Shown one piece after another: positions 48,001 through 58,690 of a stretch of DNA of 64,000 nucleotides. A model generated the notes under the pieces. That model was given only the letters and a program-made list of their open reading frames with translations, had not been told where the DNA came from and ran no database searches. Numbering within the stretch: position 1 is the stretch's first letter; each line of letters begins with the position of its first letter. The position numbers and the translations under genes were made by a program. This DNA comes from a phage, in assembly GCA_011911785.1 (NCBI GenBank), contig GCA_011911785.1_4084.1; one strand, given 5' to 3'.

Positions 48001-51000
48001 AATTCAAAGAACCATCATCATTGTAAACATTGTACCCAGAATATAACATTGAATTCAATTCAACTGTACTATTCTCACGTCCAATAGCTTTCCAGTATAT
48101 ATTATTACGAGATGCAGTCTTGATGTATAATGTCCAAACACCATCACTATCAGTTACACGGATAATATCACCAATTTGGTAATTTTTAGTGTTTGCGTCA
48201 TCTAAACTAACTTCTTGTGTATATTCAGTGTTGCTATCGTATCCAGTATCGTACCAATCAGCCAGATTCCAGTACTGGGTCATATCCAAAGATGTACCAA
48301 GTGATTCTATGAAGTCAGCTTGTTTAATCATCTTGTGTTGACCTTCACCTCTATTTTCTAGAGTGATTGTAACAGTACTTCCAACTGTACTTGGACTGTT
48401 CATCAATTGAATGTATCCATTTGGATCAATGTGAACAAAATATACTGAACTAGAAGATAATGGTGCTGGCAGAGTTCCGATGGAACTTACAAATACTGCA
48501 TCATTCTCTTTAAAGCGGTTATCTTCTGGTGCAATTACCAATTCATTGTTAAATGATAGAACACGGAATGTAATATCATTTGGGTTCATTTTTAATGTTT
48601 TCACATTAAACACATCATTCATAACAACACTGTTAGTTGTGATGTTCTGTGAACGGTAAAAGTTATTTGCACTCTCAACAAACGCACGACGAGCTTCAAT
48701 GACATTCTGGAACCAAGTTTTATTAGAACCTAAACCAGTTTCAACTTTAGGATAAATTATTTCATTTACAACACCAGTTGAAGTAGTTTCTTGACCAATT
48801 AGTGAGTTCCATAGTGAATTCCAAATATCTGGGTTAAAGTCATAACTATCACCTTCTTTACAGAGTTGATATTGATCATGCTTCAGTACTTCGATATTGT
48901 CATTTCTATATGAAATTGTCAAAATGCTTGTATCATCATTAACTTCAAATTGCATATTACTTAGAATGAAACTATTTTCATTAATAGGTGCAAACCAAGG
49001 AACATTCAATTGTGTTGGATCTTGAATAATACGTGCAATATCAGTACAAGACTTACTACGAGTAGTCATTGGTGGAACATAAATGGTATTACGAACCCAG
49101 AAATAATAACGAACTACATATGTATCAGTGATTGGATCATATTCCATAGATGAACTGTAGTTCTCATCCATTGCAATCCCACTTGGGAGATACATAGTAT
49201 TGTTTTTATTTTTATTGGCTTGTTCTGCACAATATTTTTCCCAGTTGTATGGTTCTACTGGTGAACTAACCCATTCTAGAACATCAATAACACTGTGTGG
49301 TAATAATTTACCCCAATTATAACGCTTATATTCATTAGTTGCTTTTACATCAACGTTACCATCCTCATCAAAGATTGGACGGGTATAATCCAGATAGAAT
49401 GCAGTGCTAGTGTTCCACCACACTTTACCTACCTTTTCAGCACCCCATGCTTGTAATAGTTCACCGTTACTGCTATACTGTGCTGGGTCCACTGGAGAGA
49501 TGAAATCAACATCTTGCATTGCAACCCCAGGAATAACACCGTTAATTGGGTCAAACACATTCAAATACAATGCAGTAATGTTTGTTCTTTCATCATACGT
49601 AGTAGGACGGTCAAACAAAGTGCTTTCAGGTGCACTGTAACTATATTTTTTAGCAATATATTCATCGCGTTCTTGTTGAGTACTAAATCTACTAACATAA
49701 CGATACAAACGTGGTGCTGATTCTACTGTTGAAAAGTCAATAGTAATGGAAGTGTCAAATGGCACTACCATAACTTTTGGATCTAGTCCAGAAGTGTAGT
49801 ATTGGCATTCATCACGTAGGGCATCAGGCATAAAGTTTGTTTCATCAACAAAATAATAATAATCACCATCATTGAGTGGGATATCATCAGACAATAGTAC
49901 TTTACAATATTGCTCAGCATATGGATCTTCACTTTCAATTGGTGTAATAGAAACCATTGTAATACCAGTATCTACTAAATCATACACATTCCATTCGTTA
50001 TTGATATCTTGGAACATCCAAACAGATGTTGGGATTTTACCAGAATTATTCATATAACTAATGCGGTCTTGATTTGCAGTTTCGTAATTTAATGTGGTAT
50101 AATCAATTTCATCTAGGGTTACTGGTCCAATATTAGGTAATTGGATATTCTCACTTCTCCCATTACGCATAGGGAATGAGAATTTACCTTTTGGACGACT
50201 AATCCAGCGTGAATCTTCACCAATTTCACCATAATATACAATTTCATTCTCAGATTCAACCTTATCGGAATAACGGTCAAACGTAATCATTTGTGGTTGT
50301 TGTTTAAACTCATTATTAATTAGTTTAAATTGAAGATTTTTAACACCATCAATGTTACCATAAGAACCAACACGGAATGCCCATTCTTGTAATGCTTTAT
50401 ACTCATCAGTATTATATGATTTAGATACACGTAATACTTTTTCTAGTACTTGGTTAGTGCCTTTATCATGAATAAAACCTTTATAGAAATCAATTCGACC
50501 AGGCTCATTAGTGATCATACGTTGTAAGTAATCACGAGACTGATAGCCAATTAAGTGGTTTGAAAGTTCATTTAATTGAACATCACTAACTGGGGTTTCA
50601 TTATCATAATACTGTTGGAAATTAGACACCAAAGTTTCAAATGATGGTAATGTACCAGCTTCTAGGATGATAAATCCAGGAGCTTGTAAACGTCCAGACC
50701 ATGAACCAGTGATATATCCATACAATTTAATCAATTCTTGAACTGCACCATAGGTTGGTTCATAGATATAATCACCGAAAATCGTCTGATCATCAAAAAT
50801 AACAGCATGTTCATAAGAACTGATACTTAAACGAATAAGTGCCATGCGTTTATTTGATTCTTCAGTTGTTCTTACCGTGAATATGTTACCAATACGAGAT
50901 GTTTCAATCTCAAATTGACGTATACCCTGGTTTGAATCATCTAACAATGACCAAACACCACCACTATTTTGTGCAATTGACTGTACTGAACCAAAATCTG

Positions 51001-54000
51001 TACCAAATTTAGCATTAATTGCTGATGGGGTACAAGAAATGAATTCACCAGTACTCAATTGTTGTTGACTCCAGATTAAAAAGTCTTTTGCAATTGTATT
51101 CCAGTCCTGTTGGATACCAGATTCATCAACTTCTTCAAAAATCCAACCATGTTGCTTGAGATACTCACCATAACCACAAATAAATGTGTAAACTTCCTGG
51201 AAGGTATTCATCAAAGTTCCGTAAGGAATGGATGCATCATTTTTCCACTCATTATAATGAACAACATTACGATTATCAACTTTCAAAGATACTTTATGAC
51301 CGTTTTTAACAGGCAATTTATAATTGAATGTTGCAGAAACTAAATCATAACCATCAATTTGGTAAGCACTACCAGTCCAAGTAATTTTAATTGCACTCAT
51401 TTGCTCATTTCTAATATTATTAGAACGAACTAAACCGATAGATTGGTTTTCTTGTGAAATTAGACCAGTTGCTTCTGATGTAAATGTTAATTGATCAGCT
51501 TTAGTGAATCCACCTAGTTTATGACCCACATTAATATGAGAAGAACGAACAATTTCACCGTACTTAGTTGTAATATTTTTGTTTTGATACATCAAATAAT
51601 CACTAACAATCATTTGATAACCAATAACGCGAGTACTATTCTCACCATGTACGATTGTATCACTATTAAAGTTCAAACGTAAACGAGTATCACCATATAA
51701 AAACTGTGGTTCATTACCAGATACAGTTTTTAATGTATTATTTCGGGTATCCCAGAAATAGTTTGTGAACTGTGCAGGTTTAGCTTTGAATAACATCAAT
51801 AATTCATCATATGCAAACATTGCTGTATTCATATAAGTGAATTCCATATCACCCATATCACCATAAGTCCACGGTTCAGCACGATGATTTAGACTACCAT
51901 ATACAAGACCTAAAACTTCAGGAGCAATGTACTCAATGACACAAATATCAACACCAGATGCTGTCTGCTTGCCTGTTTTAGTGATCTTAAATGGTTGTGT
52001 ACCAAAACGTTTGTACTTGTCATATTGACCTTTACGTGCACCAAACAAGATAGTACCAGTTGAGCTATCACCTTTCTCGTTACCAACGTCCCATAACCCA
52101 CTAGGAACCATGTTACCTTGTTCGTTGATAACTAATGCCTCATATACATAAACAACATCACCATCACGTTCGCCAACTTGAACTGCGGTAGGTTCATATT
52201 CCTGGTTCCACCAAACTGGACGTTGGGAGAAACCAAACATTTCCCACGGATGGGTTGCTGGGCGATATGTACCAAATTGGTCAGTGTAGATTGCTCGCCA
52301 TGAACCACGGGCTGCTATTTGTGTTTGTTGACCATTAACCATGTAATGTGTTCCAGTATAGTTCCAAGTCATCCAGTTATTTGGATCATAATCATGTGAA
52401 CTATTACTGATACCATTGGTTGCGATGAAGTTAATATAACCACGTAGTAGTAAGTTCTTTTTCTCTTCGTCATTATACTCTGTATCTCTGTAATACGGAG
52501 TTGGGAAAAGATCAGAAGCATCTAGCTTAGGTTGGTAATCTTCATCTTTGAAAATAACATCAATACTATTGAAAATTCTATTTTCTAACTCATATATAAC
52601 GTCATCCATTTTATCAACACCGTTTATTACACGGTATGCTTTAGTGATTGCACCTGTATGACTGATGTTATAACAGCTTTGCTTACTACCAGCATTCAAA
52701 AATGTTGCTTTTTCTGGAACGTGTGCTTTCAAAATACCCAAAAACTGTGGAGTTGGTGGTACAAACGCACGAATGAAGCCAGAAGTACTTGCTACGTTAT
52801 CATAATAGAATGGGAAAGTATTATCATGACCCATATTAATAATTGTTAGAATTTCATCAACAATATTAGAAGCATTATTAGCTAAGAAGTTTGCTGGGTT
52901 CTCATTGTACAAACGGATCATTTGTGTATTGAACTTGTTTACGAAACGGAAATATTCGGATTGCATAAACAATACAGATTCAAATAGGTCAATATCTTCA
53001 TTTGCAGAATGTGCCATTAACGGTAGCATTGATGCTTCGTTTTGAATAATCTTAGTACCAACGGAGTTATCCACTAATCCTTTAGACAAACGATCTTCGT
53101 AGTCGTTGAAATCATCAACGGAACCACTGGTGATATTCTTTTGAATGATATCTTTAAAATGTAATGTAAAATTACTTTGGTTGATATAAAGAATATTATC
53201 GTTGTATGGGTTATTTTGTAAGTTGATTGGGATTTCATATGCACCCAACTCTTTATTTGGTACTTCAGTACTGCTGTATGTTCTAATTTGAATCACTGAT
53301 TCATCTTTAAGAGCTACATCTTCACCTAAAGTGATGCTTTGAACCTTGTTATTATATACATGACGTGTATAATCGGTTACATCCACACCATCAACTTGAA
53401 TTTCAATGATTTCAGTACTCTTACCATCAATAATTTTCTGGGCCAATTCAAATGTGCGATTGAAACGTTCACTTTGAATACCTTCACCACTAATTACATG
53501 CCAATCCATATAGGTTTGACGTTCTTCTTTGTAATATTGATAGGTACGATCCACTTCAGTAACATATGCATACATACCTTCTAATGGATTTTTAAAGTTT
53601 TCCATTTCGAATACAGTATTGAATACACGATACATATCAGTGTGTTCTATTTGTGGCGTTTGTTTAACGAATTGCTTTGAATCTTCCTTAGAACGAACCC
53701 AATCGGTCTTAAGGTGTAGTTCATTATCTTTACCAACTACATTATAGTAGTACAATCCAGAAATTTCAGTTTCAACACCCAAATGATCATATGTATAACG
53801 AACACTTTGTAGGAAGTTTTCGTACATATAGTAATTATAATTACCTAGTTCGATATTATAACCATATACTTTATCAGTGCCGTAATTATAGTTGATTTTA
53901 AAACCAAATAGGGATGAACCAACAAAGTTACTTGATGGATAAATTGTAGAATCATTTAATTTAACACCATCACGGTCATATAATTGGAATTGTGGGAATA

Positions 54001-55075
54001 CGTTTACACCAGATTTTGTTTGTGCTCTAATCCAGTTAACACCATTCCAGTACATGGATGTATTTTTATATACATTACCATCACGCACCAAAATAACATC
54101 ACCATTATGTGGCTCACCACTTGGGCGGTCATCAGTTTCTTCATCTGGGTCCAATGCTAGACCATATGTGCGAGAACCATCTTGCATTTTCTTAATAAAA
54201 ACTTTATAAATGCGGTTGTTTTCACCAACGTTACCTATACTAGTGAAAAGAATACGCATACCATCTTGTGGAATAATCCCGTCAATACGAATACCATCAT
54301 TTACGTCTTTTTGGACGATATCTTCTGGTTTAATTGTATCAGAGAAAAGATCCACAACACCACGGAAATGTGTCCCGTAGTTAATTAATTCGATATTTTT
54401 ATTGTACTCGATGATTGGTGCTTGTGCACGAATAAAACGAGTATCTTGTGTCATGTCAGCAGTTAGTACTGTTCCATCTTCTAGTGTTTGACCAATAGTA
54501 TACCAAAAGTTCTGTAGGGACCATGTGTTTCCGTTATCAGCACCACGTTCCATAACAATAAAGTCAGGAGTTGTGATACCATAACTATTTTTACTATCCC
54601 ACAAATAGGAACTGTAGTTGGTCATTTTGTTTGGGTTAATTGGTGGTGTCCAAGAATAGAACTTACCAGAAAATAGACGGCTCTCGTTTGAAGTTAACGT
54701 GCCGTAGTGTTCCATGTAGCCAACCAAATCATCATAAAATTGAAGCGAACGAATGCTTGTGTCATCATTACGAGACACATATGCTGTTGATAATTGATAT
54801 AGCTGACGTTCAACGGTTGCTTCGTCAAGGAAAATCTTAGCAGATGCAGCAGGAGAACCCATATCACCAATATATCCATCAACGATTTCATTATCCGCTG
54901 GATTGAACCATTGTTGAATTACATCATCACTAACCTTTTGAATGTCTTCTAAGCCTTGCATCCATTCAGGTAATCTTTTAATGAAAAGCTTCTGTTGTAC
55001 TGCTTCTGCCGTTTTAGTTGGTAGAAACTTAAAATTATTAGTCATGTATAGGACTCCATAAATTCGTTCATTCAT
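45068..55075 (-). CDS. Giant protein (3335 aa), putative baseplate wedge/fibre-network component
   Basis: Single uninterrupted 10-kb ORF; follows gp25-like and 1154-aa genes in the baseplate operon order. Confidence 0.6.
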   Translation of the reverse strand: MNERIYGVLYMTNNFKFLPTKTAEAVQQKLFIKRLPEWMQGLEDIQKVSDDVIQQWFNPADNEIVDGYIGDMGSPAASAKIFLDEATVERQLYQLSTAYVSRNDDTSIRSLQFYDDLVGYMEHYGTLTSNESRLFSGKFYSWTPPINPNKMTNYSSYLWDSKNSYGITTPDFIVMERGADNGNTWSLQNFWYTIGQTLEDGTVLTADMTQDTRFIRAQAPIIEYNKNIELINYGTHFRGVVDLFSDTIKPEDIVQKDVNDGIRIDGIIPQDGMRILFTSIGNVGENNRIYKVFIKKMQDGSRTYGLALDPDEETDDRPSGEPHNGDVILVRDGNVYKNTSMYWNGVNWIRAQTKSGVNVFPQFQLYDRDGVKLNDSTIYPSSNFVGSSLFGFKINYNYGTDKVYGYNIELGNYNYYMYENFLQSVRYTYDHLGVETEISGLYYYNVVGKDNELHLKTDWVRSKEDSKQFVKQTPQIEHTDMYRVFNTVFEMENFKNPLEGMYAYVTEVDRTYQYYKEERQTYMDWHVISGEGIQSERFNRTFELAQKIIDGKSTEIIEIQVDGVDVTDYTRHVYNNKVQSITLGEDVALKDESVIQIRTYSSTEVPNKELGAYEIPINLQNNPYNDNILYINQSNFTLHFKDIIQKNITSGSVDDFNDYEDRLSKGLVDNSVGTKIIQNEASMLPLMAHSANEDIDLFESVLFMQSEYFRFVNKFNTQMIRLYNENPANFLANNASNIVDEILTIINMGHDNTFPFYYDNVASTSGFIRAFVPPTPQFLGILKAHVPEKATFLNAGSKQSCYNISHTGAITKAYRVINGVDKMDDVIYELENRIFNSIDVIFKDEDYQPKLDASDLFPTPYYRDTEYNDEEKKNLLLRGYINFIATNGISNSSHDYDPNNWMTWNYTGTHYMVNGQQTQIAARGSWRAIYTDQFGTYRPATHPWEMFGFSQRPVWWNQEYEPTAVQVGERDGDVVYVYEALVINEQGNMVPSGLWDVGNEKGDSSTGTILFGARKGQYDKYKRFGTQPFKITKTGKQTASGVDICVIEYIAPEVLGLVYGSLNHRAEPWTYGDMGDMEFTYMNTAMFAYDELLMLFKAKPAQFTNYFWDTRNNTLKTVSGNEPQFLYGDTRLRLNFNSDTIVHGENSTRVIGYQMIVSDYLMYQNKNITTKYGEIVRSSHINVGHKLGGFTKADQLTFTSEATGLISQENQSIGLVRSNNIRNEQMSAIKITWTGSAYQIDGYDLVSATFNYKLPVKNGHKVSLKVDNRNVVHYNEWKNDASIPYGTLMNTFQEVYTFICGYGEYLKQHGWIFEEVDESGIQQDWNTIAKDFLIWSQQQLSTGEFISCTPSAINAKFGTDFGSVQSIAQNSGGVWSLLDDSNQGIRQFEIETSRIGNIFTVRTTEESNKRMALIRLSISSYEHAVIFDDQTIFGDYIYEPTYGAVQELIKLYGYITGSWSGRLQAPGFIILEAGTLPSFETLVSNFQQYYDNETPVSDVQLNELSNHLIGYQSRDYLQRMITNEPGRIDFYKGFIHDKGTNQVLEKVLRVSKSYNTDEYKALQEWAFRVGSYGNIDGVKNLQFKLINNEFKQQPQMITFDRYSDKVESENEIVYYGEIGEDSRWISRPKGKFSFPMRNGRSENIQLPNIGPVTLDEIDYTTLNYETANQDRISYMNNSGKIPTSVWMFQDINNEWNVYDLVDTGITMVSITPIESEDPYAEQYCKVLLSDDIPLNDGDYYYFVDETNFMPDALRDECQYYTSGLDPKVMVVPFDTSITIDFSTVESAPRLYRYVSRFSTQQERDEYIAKKYSYSAPESTLFDRPTTYDERTNITALYLNVFDPINGVIPGVAMQDVDFISPVDPAQYSSNGELLQAWGAEKVGKVWWNTSTAFYLDYTRPIFDEDGNVDVKATNEYKRYNWGKLLPHSVIDVLEWVSSPVEPYNWEKYCAEQANKNKNNTMYLPSGIAMDENYSSSMEYDPITDTYVVRYYFWVRNTIYVPPMTTRSKSCTDIARIIQDPTQLNVPWFAPINENSFILSNMQFEVNDDTSILTISYRNDNIEVLKHDQYQLCKEGDSYDFNPDIWNSLWNSLIGQETTSTGVVNEIIYPKVETGLGSNKTWFQNVIEARRAFVESANNFYRSQNITTNSVVMNDVFNVKTLKMNPNDITFRVLSFNNELVIAPEDNRFKENDAVFVSSIGTLPAPLSSSSVYFVHIDPNGYIQLMNSPSTVGSTVTITLENRGEGQHKMIKQADFIESLGTSLDMTQYWNLADWYDTGYDSNTEYTQEVSLDDANTKNYQIGDIIRVTDSDGVWTLYIKTASRNNIYWKAIGRENSTVELNSMLYSGYNVYNDDGSLNSHEVNVRNALALLKNSFNLYQSNIVFDMVKYVHTEQSVVDWVFKTSYIYIVGLEQSLVQNYSNDNLINQIVEYFEEVKPYRTKIRSQIEQKTSDDDLINGISNDLDPDGYILVDGVWVKTEKDIWDLEYAQFNDVTQRWEKIGSLPSDFITPNRRFQEIDVIMHYDNIQCDPYDSNYTIDELKSTNSKYQSNASDIGNDYELQRYVYTFPEYDNNTLISQIGIEMTTKYSDLDISNGVIKGIDAWYKAHSTDIAMTDQFTADLEQVTTDTNNSNILEDVKKYIQYNTLATRVKMFKNISDDMVSNEIGCPFKGTNYNDNPNTRLPFGFSASSDYNYGYFEISIELYEKYVDMIKKNHPEFTNEDQVRNILEIEYGVYCYKYDTTLNDRYYSDTVHVLSAMRQTFNKNILDHYYVAREILSNRAVDKYAFVMMPRKYVYVVNAAGEYLPIPESYSISDFMEDLFITTGESVVLAEIDLNDLPQDQNNPMYSAYVEVLESINTAKYFNDMNAFDNLALESQTKSIKWEVKDSEIDPYIIDISELNPSGRTMAQLRFTVDGYGFDEVAQEQLKDTSRFQIEGMIVQNPYNMSEAVVSIPSYDIVIENMGKDVFKESEKYFFPISEIKTITEIKVHDEGLKDGDKVMIFTPDGEDYVRFQDGNWVTILSASKIQSSKKPKLYTVRVLGNGNVELVDSNGVVLMFDSITKRESNERFYTLSMNLVRIRTFQDPEFDDNGLKLYENNRHYSIHALNYEVFYDETLYGGKFNDGITPDEIDLWLVSNEIFEVDGITIDNGYNQPISGKGVLGELVRAKMTDGIEITVFEYDVDVIQPVLSYDRVWQYAQPVVNNTFIKEVGCSVINITTVEDEAITYVAKPRSISPYIITDSVLSGAAAQNDDIIVVGYEKVQVRNTDRLLRGVMYSAEHNFTKGTSYSFNGLNLGSIDKFTQYQNFYPPIPLDTFRNGLSITGTDIENLLNIQ

Positions 55076-55091
55076 TTGATTTATTTATGCT

Positions 55092-55117
55092 ATAAAAAAG
55101 GCGACCCGAAGGCCGCC
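55092..55117 (-). terminator. Minus-strand terminator with UUCG tetraloop
   Basis: On minus strand ggcggcc-uucg-ggucgcc followed by UUUUUUA. Confidence 0.6.
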
Positions 55118-55126
55118 ACGATTTTA

Positions 55127-58100
55127 TTAAAAACCAATATTAATATTACTTTTAGCTAGAGAGTTAACGATTTGTACGTTATCAACGGTAGCAGTACTAA
55201 TGAATATTTGGTCAGGTCTTGAAGGTATCTCAAACAATGAACCAAACTTAGAATTAGGGTTTTGAGCTACAATTACAACAGTACTAATGTGTCTACCAAG
55301 TTGGGTATGAAGGTACGTACACAAGTCAGTATAATAGAAACTTTCACCAAAATCCCAGTTCTCAACTGCAAAGTACTGGTTAGTTAATGAAACAATATTT
55401 TGACGAATTTCATCATCACTCATTGTACTATTAGGTAATTTCACTACTTTGAAATCAGCTTTATAATCCGGTGCTGCACTATTACCAAATAAAGGCAAAT
55501 ATTCAGCACTATGCCATATCAAACTATCACTAATTACAGTTTTCTTCTCAACATCCTTGAAGATATCTTGTAATTCAACCGATGTTGGTGGTTTAGGCAT
55601 ATCACCTTTAGCACCATTCTTCAACCAAATATCAACTTCTGTCTTATATGAGTTTGTTAAAACATACATATCAATTAAGTTGGTTCTGCTTGGGTCGATT
55701 CGATTATCATCTGGTGCATAATGCTTCCAGTGGAAGTTAATAGACGTTCTAGCATTAGTTTTTATAGTAAGTTCAGATGTAATATCCTTATAACCATAAT
55801 AATTAAGCTTTTTATTAGCGTCAACACTTGTACCCATGTTTTTAATACAACGATAGAAAGCAGTTTCTGGAGTAGCCGCACTTGGGTCTGTAACTTCAGT
55901 CATGTTCTGAATTAGAACACCCAAACGGTCATTGTTATTACCAACTGTTTGTTCGATGAAGTAATATTGCCCTTCGTATTGGAATGCAATAATAAAACCA
56001 GTACCTTTACTATATAGTTCACTCAGTGTAGTTGAGCGAATTTCATTATTACGAATGAATTCTTGTCTCTTGTACGCATTAGTTTCAGCTAATGCCTGAT
56101 CCATTGTGTAATTCCATGTTGAATCCATGATAGTGAATGATGAATTTGGTAATGTCAATGAAGAAATAGTAAAATCTTCATTTTGTTGAAATACCAATAT
56201 ACCACCATATTTTCTAGAATCTTCACCTGTCCAATCAGGAACAATAGATTGGAATTGGTTAGGATTTAATGGAATACCATTACTATCCATACTTTCTGAT
56301 GTAATTACAACTCTTGAACCATCCAAATAACCATTTTCTTGTTTTATTGTATCCAGAATCTGGAAATCAATGTTATTGGTTAGACCCACGTTACTAGTAC
56401 TGGTAGAGTTTGATGAAAGAATCTCAATTTTATCACTTTGCACTGAACCAGAACTAATATCAGTGATTTTCTTAGAGCTTACAAAGTAAAAACGAACTTT
56501 TTCTCCACCAACAAATACATACTCAACACCATTGGAATCAAATTCCCATGTTTCAGCAGTGTATTGGATGTTAACCATCACCTGTACTAACGAACCATTG
56601 TATGTTATAGTATCACTAGTGGTTGTCATTTCCAAAGGAACCCATGTAGTGGATACAATATCATAAATTAGAATAAAGTTAGTTTTCTTATCTAACATTG
56701 CAGCAATATTTTGTACTTCAACTGTATTGAAACGAGTTCTATATGGGCTAATGTACTCCTGAATCTGCATAGAGGAAGAAATCGGCGTACTTAGAACATA
56801 AAAACCGTTAGGTAACACGCTAACAATACTAGCCCATACGATATTATTTGAACTACTACCGAATTTAATTAATGTACCAACTTTATAATCACCATAAATT
56901 GTACCAGTTGCCCCAATAATACGACCATATGTATTAGTTGCATAGCTTGAACTATATGATGGAACCCAGTTTTGTTGTAATTCAACACGTACTGTATTCT
57001 GCGGATATGCTTGATACTTCTGAATAACAGCATTTTCACCAATTAATGGTTGTATATCATCGATAACAATACTAGAATTAGATTTAGTACTTGGTAAATT
57101 AACAGATTTATTGTATTTGGTGACATTTTTGTACATTGCACCATCATCACTAAACACATCAGTGTTTTGATACTTACCAGTTGGGTCATTTATGTCAATA
57201 AATCGTGATTGTCCACTGTAAATTCGGTTAATCGCTTTAGATTTCAGTACTGCATTACCTTGACTCAACGGAGCAATGTTATAATCTTCACCATTCACAA
57301 AACGGTTTTGAGTATAATACATTTGTGGTGCACGAGCTTTAATTTGTTCAAGGGTTTCTGCACTTTGTGCACGGTCTGATTCAAATTGTAAACTAAATTT
57401 AATATCTAATGTACTATTCTCATAGTTAGATTGTGATTTAGTTCTGTAAATGTACTTAACACTTTTGTTTTGAATGTCAGCAGTTTTGATGTTGTATGTT
57501 TCGCCATTACTAACACGATACCAAACGCGATATGTACCACGTGGAACAACACCACTACGTGAATCAGGGAACTTAATACTGATTTGGTCACGATCACGAG
57601 TAGTTACCGCATAAATTGTTTTAAGTTGGCGTGTTACAGTGTTATATGCGATACTTTCCATCGATGGAACCTTAGTCCATTTAGTACGAACTATACCATC
57701 TTCAGTGATTTCCTGTACCCATACGTCAGTTTCGTTAATATTGTCTACGTTTATATCCTGAATACGGTTTTCTTGTCTTACATCGTATTGGAAATCTTGA
57801 TATTGTAATGTTCCTTGAATAAAATAAACAAAGAATCCAGTATTAGGTGAACTAAAACCATTACCATCATTCTGATACACAATATATTTCTGTTCTTGTG
57901 GCTCAGGGTGTCTTTCATCAACACCAATAACGTTAATATCTGGGTTTACGACTTCAAATGTCATCGATTCACCATTTACTGTTGCGGTGAATGGTAAATT
58001 AGGTGCAGACATAGGTAAAGTGTTCATTCTATACAAATGACGAGACACACCATTAATATCTAAACGTTTTACTGGATTACCAAACTGGTTAGTACTGACA

Positions 58101-58591
58101 AATGCACTATTCATCACCAGAATAAAGTTTTCATACCAGTTAGAGTCCATTGGGTCATTCCAACGGATAATTTTATCTTTAAGAGATTCGTTATAGCTGT
58201 TGCGAACGTCTTGGTTAGTTTTAATTTCAGTTAGTTTTGCTGTTGCTCGCCCTGGATATGCACGACGAGGTGAATATGAGATCATTTTAGCTAATTTAAG
58301 TACAGATGCACGACGACTAGCAGTATCTAGGAAGTTTTCACGCGTGTTTAAATCCATACGAAATGCTAAGTTTTGTCCAAGCATCGCAATGGTATCTAAA
58401 ATGAAGATAAACTGGTCATTCTCAATCCAGTCATTGAATGAATCAGGATATGTTTGACGCAAATAATCAATCATACTTTGACGTATTGTATCGAAGTCAT
58501 AAGCCGTCAGATTTATTTTATAGAAACTTTCATATACCTGGGTCCAGTCTTCCCCCGCGTATAAATTAGATTGTCTTTTTTGTTGTGACAT
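55127..58591 (-). CDS. Large baseplate protein (1154 aa), possibly gp6/baseplate-J-like
   Basis: ORF track; assignment from synteny directly downstream of gp25-like gene, no motif confirmed. Confidence 0.45.
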   Translation of the reverse strand: MSQQKRQSNLYAGEDWTQVYESFYKINLTAYDFDTIRQSMIDYLRQTYPDSFNDWIENDQFIFILDTIAMLGQNLAFRMDLNTRENFLDTASRRASVLKLAKMISYSPRRAYPGRATAKLTEIKTNQDVRNSYNESLKDKIIRWNDPMDSNWYENFILVMNSAFVSTNQFGNPVKRLDINGVSRHLYRMNTLPMSAPNLPFTATVNGESMTFEVVNPDINVIGVDERHPEPQEQKYIVYQNDGNGFSSPNTGFFVYFIQGTLQYQDFQYDVRQENRIQDINVDNINETDVWVQEITEDGIVRTKWTKVPSMESIAYNTVTRQLKTIYAVTTRDRDQISIKFPDSRSGVVPRGTYRVWYRVSNGETYNIKTADIQNKSVKYIYRTKSQSNYENSTLDIKFSLQFESDRAQSAETLEQIKARAPQMYYTQNRFVNGEDYNIAPLSQGNAVLKSKAINRIYSGQSRFIDINDPTGKYQNTDVFSDDGAMYKNVTKYNKSVNLPSTKSNSSIVIDDIQPLIGENAVIQKYQAYPQNTVRVELQQNWVPSYSSSYATNTYGRIIGATGTIYGDYKVGTLIKFGSSSNNIVWASIVSVLPNGFYVLSTPISSSMQIQEYISPYRTRFNTVEVQNIAAMLDKKTNFILIYDIVSTTWVPLEMTTTSDTITYNGSLVQVMVNIQYTAETWEFDSNGVEYVFVGGEKVRFYFVSSKKITDISSGSVQSDKIEILSSNSTSTSNVGLTNNIDFQILDTIKQENGYLDGSRVVITSESMDSNGIPLNPNQFQSIVPDWTGEDSRKYGGILVFQQNEDFTISSLTLPNSSFTIMDSTWNYTMDQALAETNAYKRQEFIRNNEIRSTTLSELYSKGTGFIIAFQYEGQYYFIEQTVGNNNDRLGVLIQNMTEVTDPSAATPETAFYRCIKNMGTSVDANKKLNYYGYKDITSELTIKTNARTSINFHWKHYAPDDNRIDPSRTNLIDMYVLTNSYKTEVDIWLKNGAKGDMPKPPTSVELQDIFKDVEKKTVISDSLIWHSAEYLPLFGNSAAPDYKADFKVVKLPNSTMSDDEIRQNIVSLTNQYFAVENWDFGESFYYTDLCTYLHTQLGRHISTVVIVAQNPNSKFGSLFEIPSRPDQIFISTATVDNVQIVNSLAKSNINIGF

Positions 58592-58655
58592 TTATTAATC
58601 CTTTAAGCCAATAAAGTACTGGGTCAGTACTGAAATTTTATATAGAAATATTTAT

Positions 58656-58684
58656 CCAAAAGAAAAGCACTCCGAAGAGTGCTT
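58656..58684 (-). terminator. Minus-strand terminator with UUCG tetraloop
   Basis: On minus strand aagcacuc-uucg-gagugcuu followed by UUCUUUUGG. Confidence 0.6.
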
Positions 58685-58690
58685 AGTAAA

